Assembly: GCF_032191835.1 (NCBI RefSeq)
Contig: NC_083236.1
Location: 15,934,001 to 15,998,000 of the forward strand
Length of the DNA: 64,000 nucleotides
Reading direction: 5' to 3'
Source: Heteronotia binoei
Taxonomy: Eukaryota
In this document: positions 62,381 through 64,000 of the stretch, piece by piece
How the letters are laid out: each line of letters opens with the position of its first letter
How positions within the stretch are numbered: the stretch's first letter is position 1
The notes under the pieces: generated by a model
Databases searched by the model: none
Told to the model about the DNA's origin: nothing
What the model saw: the letters and a program-made list of their open reading frames with translations, nothing else
Program-made: the position numbers and the translations under genes

Positions 62381-63796
62381 CTTACTCTCAGGAAAGTGTT
62401 ATTAGGATGATGCTGAAAATGTCCAAGCTGAACAAGCTAAATGCTTTTCTCTCTTGGGTACCTTAAAGAGATAGTTTATGTGCATGTGGGTCTGGGCAAT
62501 TGAAATTTATTCTATATTGGCCTTGTGTGTTGATTGCCTATTTGAGAGTCTGTGGATACAGACAGTAATACTCCCAACATTCCTCTTGCTTCTATGTCTT
62601 TCTTGCTCACTGATACTGATCCTGGTATTGCTTTAAATCCATGGTGAGAAGCCCTTCAATTTTCAATATGTATAACAATGCCTTACTAAATGTATGTTGT
62701 TGGAAATGGAGTCAGTATTAAGAAGCAAGGCAGAGTTTGAAAGAGTATATGAGTATGCGGGAAAGATAAAGCTGAATAGGACAGGGTTTGAATAAATGTT
62801 TGGTCAAGATTAATAATATCAATGAATGTGAAGGAAAGCCTTATCAAAATATAGTTTTGGCGGTATTGTATGTCATAGCATTTATAAAAGTGTTGATCAT
62901 GTATTGGGATGATAATGTTTAGGATACCATTGCACCTTGTGTGTTTCTGAGTCATATTTGGAGTATTTATTTTATTTTATTTCATTTAGTAGGCTTATAT
63001 TCCGCCCTTTCCCGTAAACGAGCTCAAGGTGGATCACAACATATAAAATAACAGTAAAAACCTACAGATCTAAGTTAAAACACCACATTAAAATCAAACA
63101 GTAAAAACAATAACTAAAATGTACCACTGGCAGAAAGGGCACAGCATATCAGGTACCCAGTTATAGGTCCGCATTAAACGATGGTAATAGCAATAAGATA
63201 GCACTGCAGTAGGGTATAAAGGAGGCCAAATGATTTTGTTGCTCAGTCGTAACAAGATATCTATTTCAGAGTTTTGCTGATGGATAATATACTAATTAAA
63301 AGTTTTTTAAAAGTTATACTGATATACAAATTATTGATTTAGAAAAGCTGTCACAGCTTGCTGTAGTTGAGGGCGGAACATGGCATGTAGGTGGAGGAAG
63401 AATGGGGCAGCACTCCACTCAAAGGATCTGTGCCACTGTGAATGAGAACCAGGGAACTGCCCCCATGCTGAAGGGACCTAAGAAGCACAGGTGGCCTTGA
63501 GCAAGCAAGAAAAAAGGTAGCGTGCACATACCATGTTAAAAGTCTTTGTGTAATGCCTGAGCGAATGAATGATGAGCTCTGTGGTTCAACCCAATAAAGA
63601 AACCTGCTGCAGATGTTGATTCCATCCCTTTTCAAAATGTCAAAACAGGCCTACTAGTGTTGATACGTCATTGGAGTGGCAGATGTTCAGCACGTCTGAA
63701 CTTCATGCCTGAGTATATGAAACAGCAGGAAAAGACATATTGTGTGTGTGCCAAGATTAGAATGCATTCAGCTAACATTCAAAATTTTCATGAAGG

Positions 63797-63950
63797 TAGT
63801 CATGTTAGTCTGCTGTAGCAAAGTAAAACAAAACTCAAGTGGCACCTTTAAGACTAACTAAGTTTATTTCAGATGCTTGTTCTGTCTCACAAAGCCTTGT
63901 GCTGGAGCAAACAGTTAGTCTTCAAGATTCCACTTGATTTCTGTTTTACT
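63797..63950. mobile_element. Inverted pair of Penelope pseudo-LTR tails
   Basis: aagtggcacctttaagactaac on the left is the reverse complement of gttagtcttcaagattccactt on the right. Both match the Penelope tail at 51195-51240. Confidence 0.55.
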
Positions 63951-64000
63951 TAATATTTAAAATATTAGTCAGATTAAATTATTTGTTATTTAAATGTGTT

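Noticed and set aside
1-64000. Pcdhg constant exons, gammaC genes, vault RNA, CRISPR or prokaryotic systems
   Set aside because: No QAPPNTDWRFSQAQRP-type exon, no vault-RNA-like A/B-box gene and no spacer-repeat array was seen; the remaining short ORFs in the track are TE or random.

Overview
Vertebrate genomic DNA, squamate and most probably gecko (inferred from the SINE/MITE/CR1/Penelope repertoire). The window lies inside the variable region of a clustered protocadherin-gamma (Pcdhg) locus. There are nine intact single-exon variable regions, all on the + strand: seven gammaA-like (8636, 15916, 21381, 26175, 33686, 38543, 53409) and two gammaB-like (43727, 57778). Each encodes a signal peptide, six cadherin repeats (EC1-6), a transmembrane helix and a variable cytoplasmic domain. 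Each ends at a phase-0 GT donor and is preceded about 190-270 bp upstream by a same-orientation CGCT-box conserved sequence element (CSE, a CTCF site). The shared constant exons are not in the window. The last four genes are a tandem duplication of an A+B two-gene cassette. Intergenic DNA is filled with L2, CR1, RTE-like and Penelope remnants, tRNA- and 5S-derived SINEs, hAT-type MITEs with 8-bp TSDs and possible solo LTRs. The locus type is well known and I see no evidence for a wholly new system. The most interesting details are: (i) twin genes that diverge mainly in EC2/EC3; (ii) patchwork gene-conversion tracts between non-sister paralogs; (iii) one CSE that has lost its CpG (CACT), in an otherwise CpG-poor promoter array; (iv) several independently broken hammerhead-ribozyme motifs derived from Penelope elements. 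Counts and alignments were done by eye and need computational confirmation.
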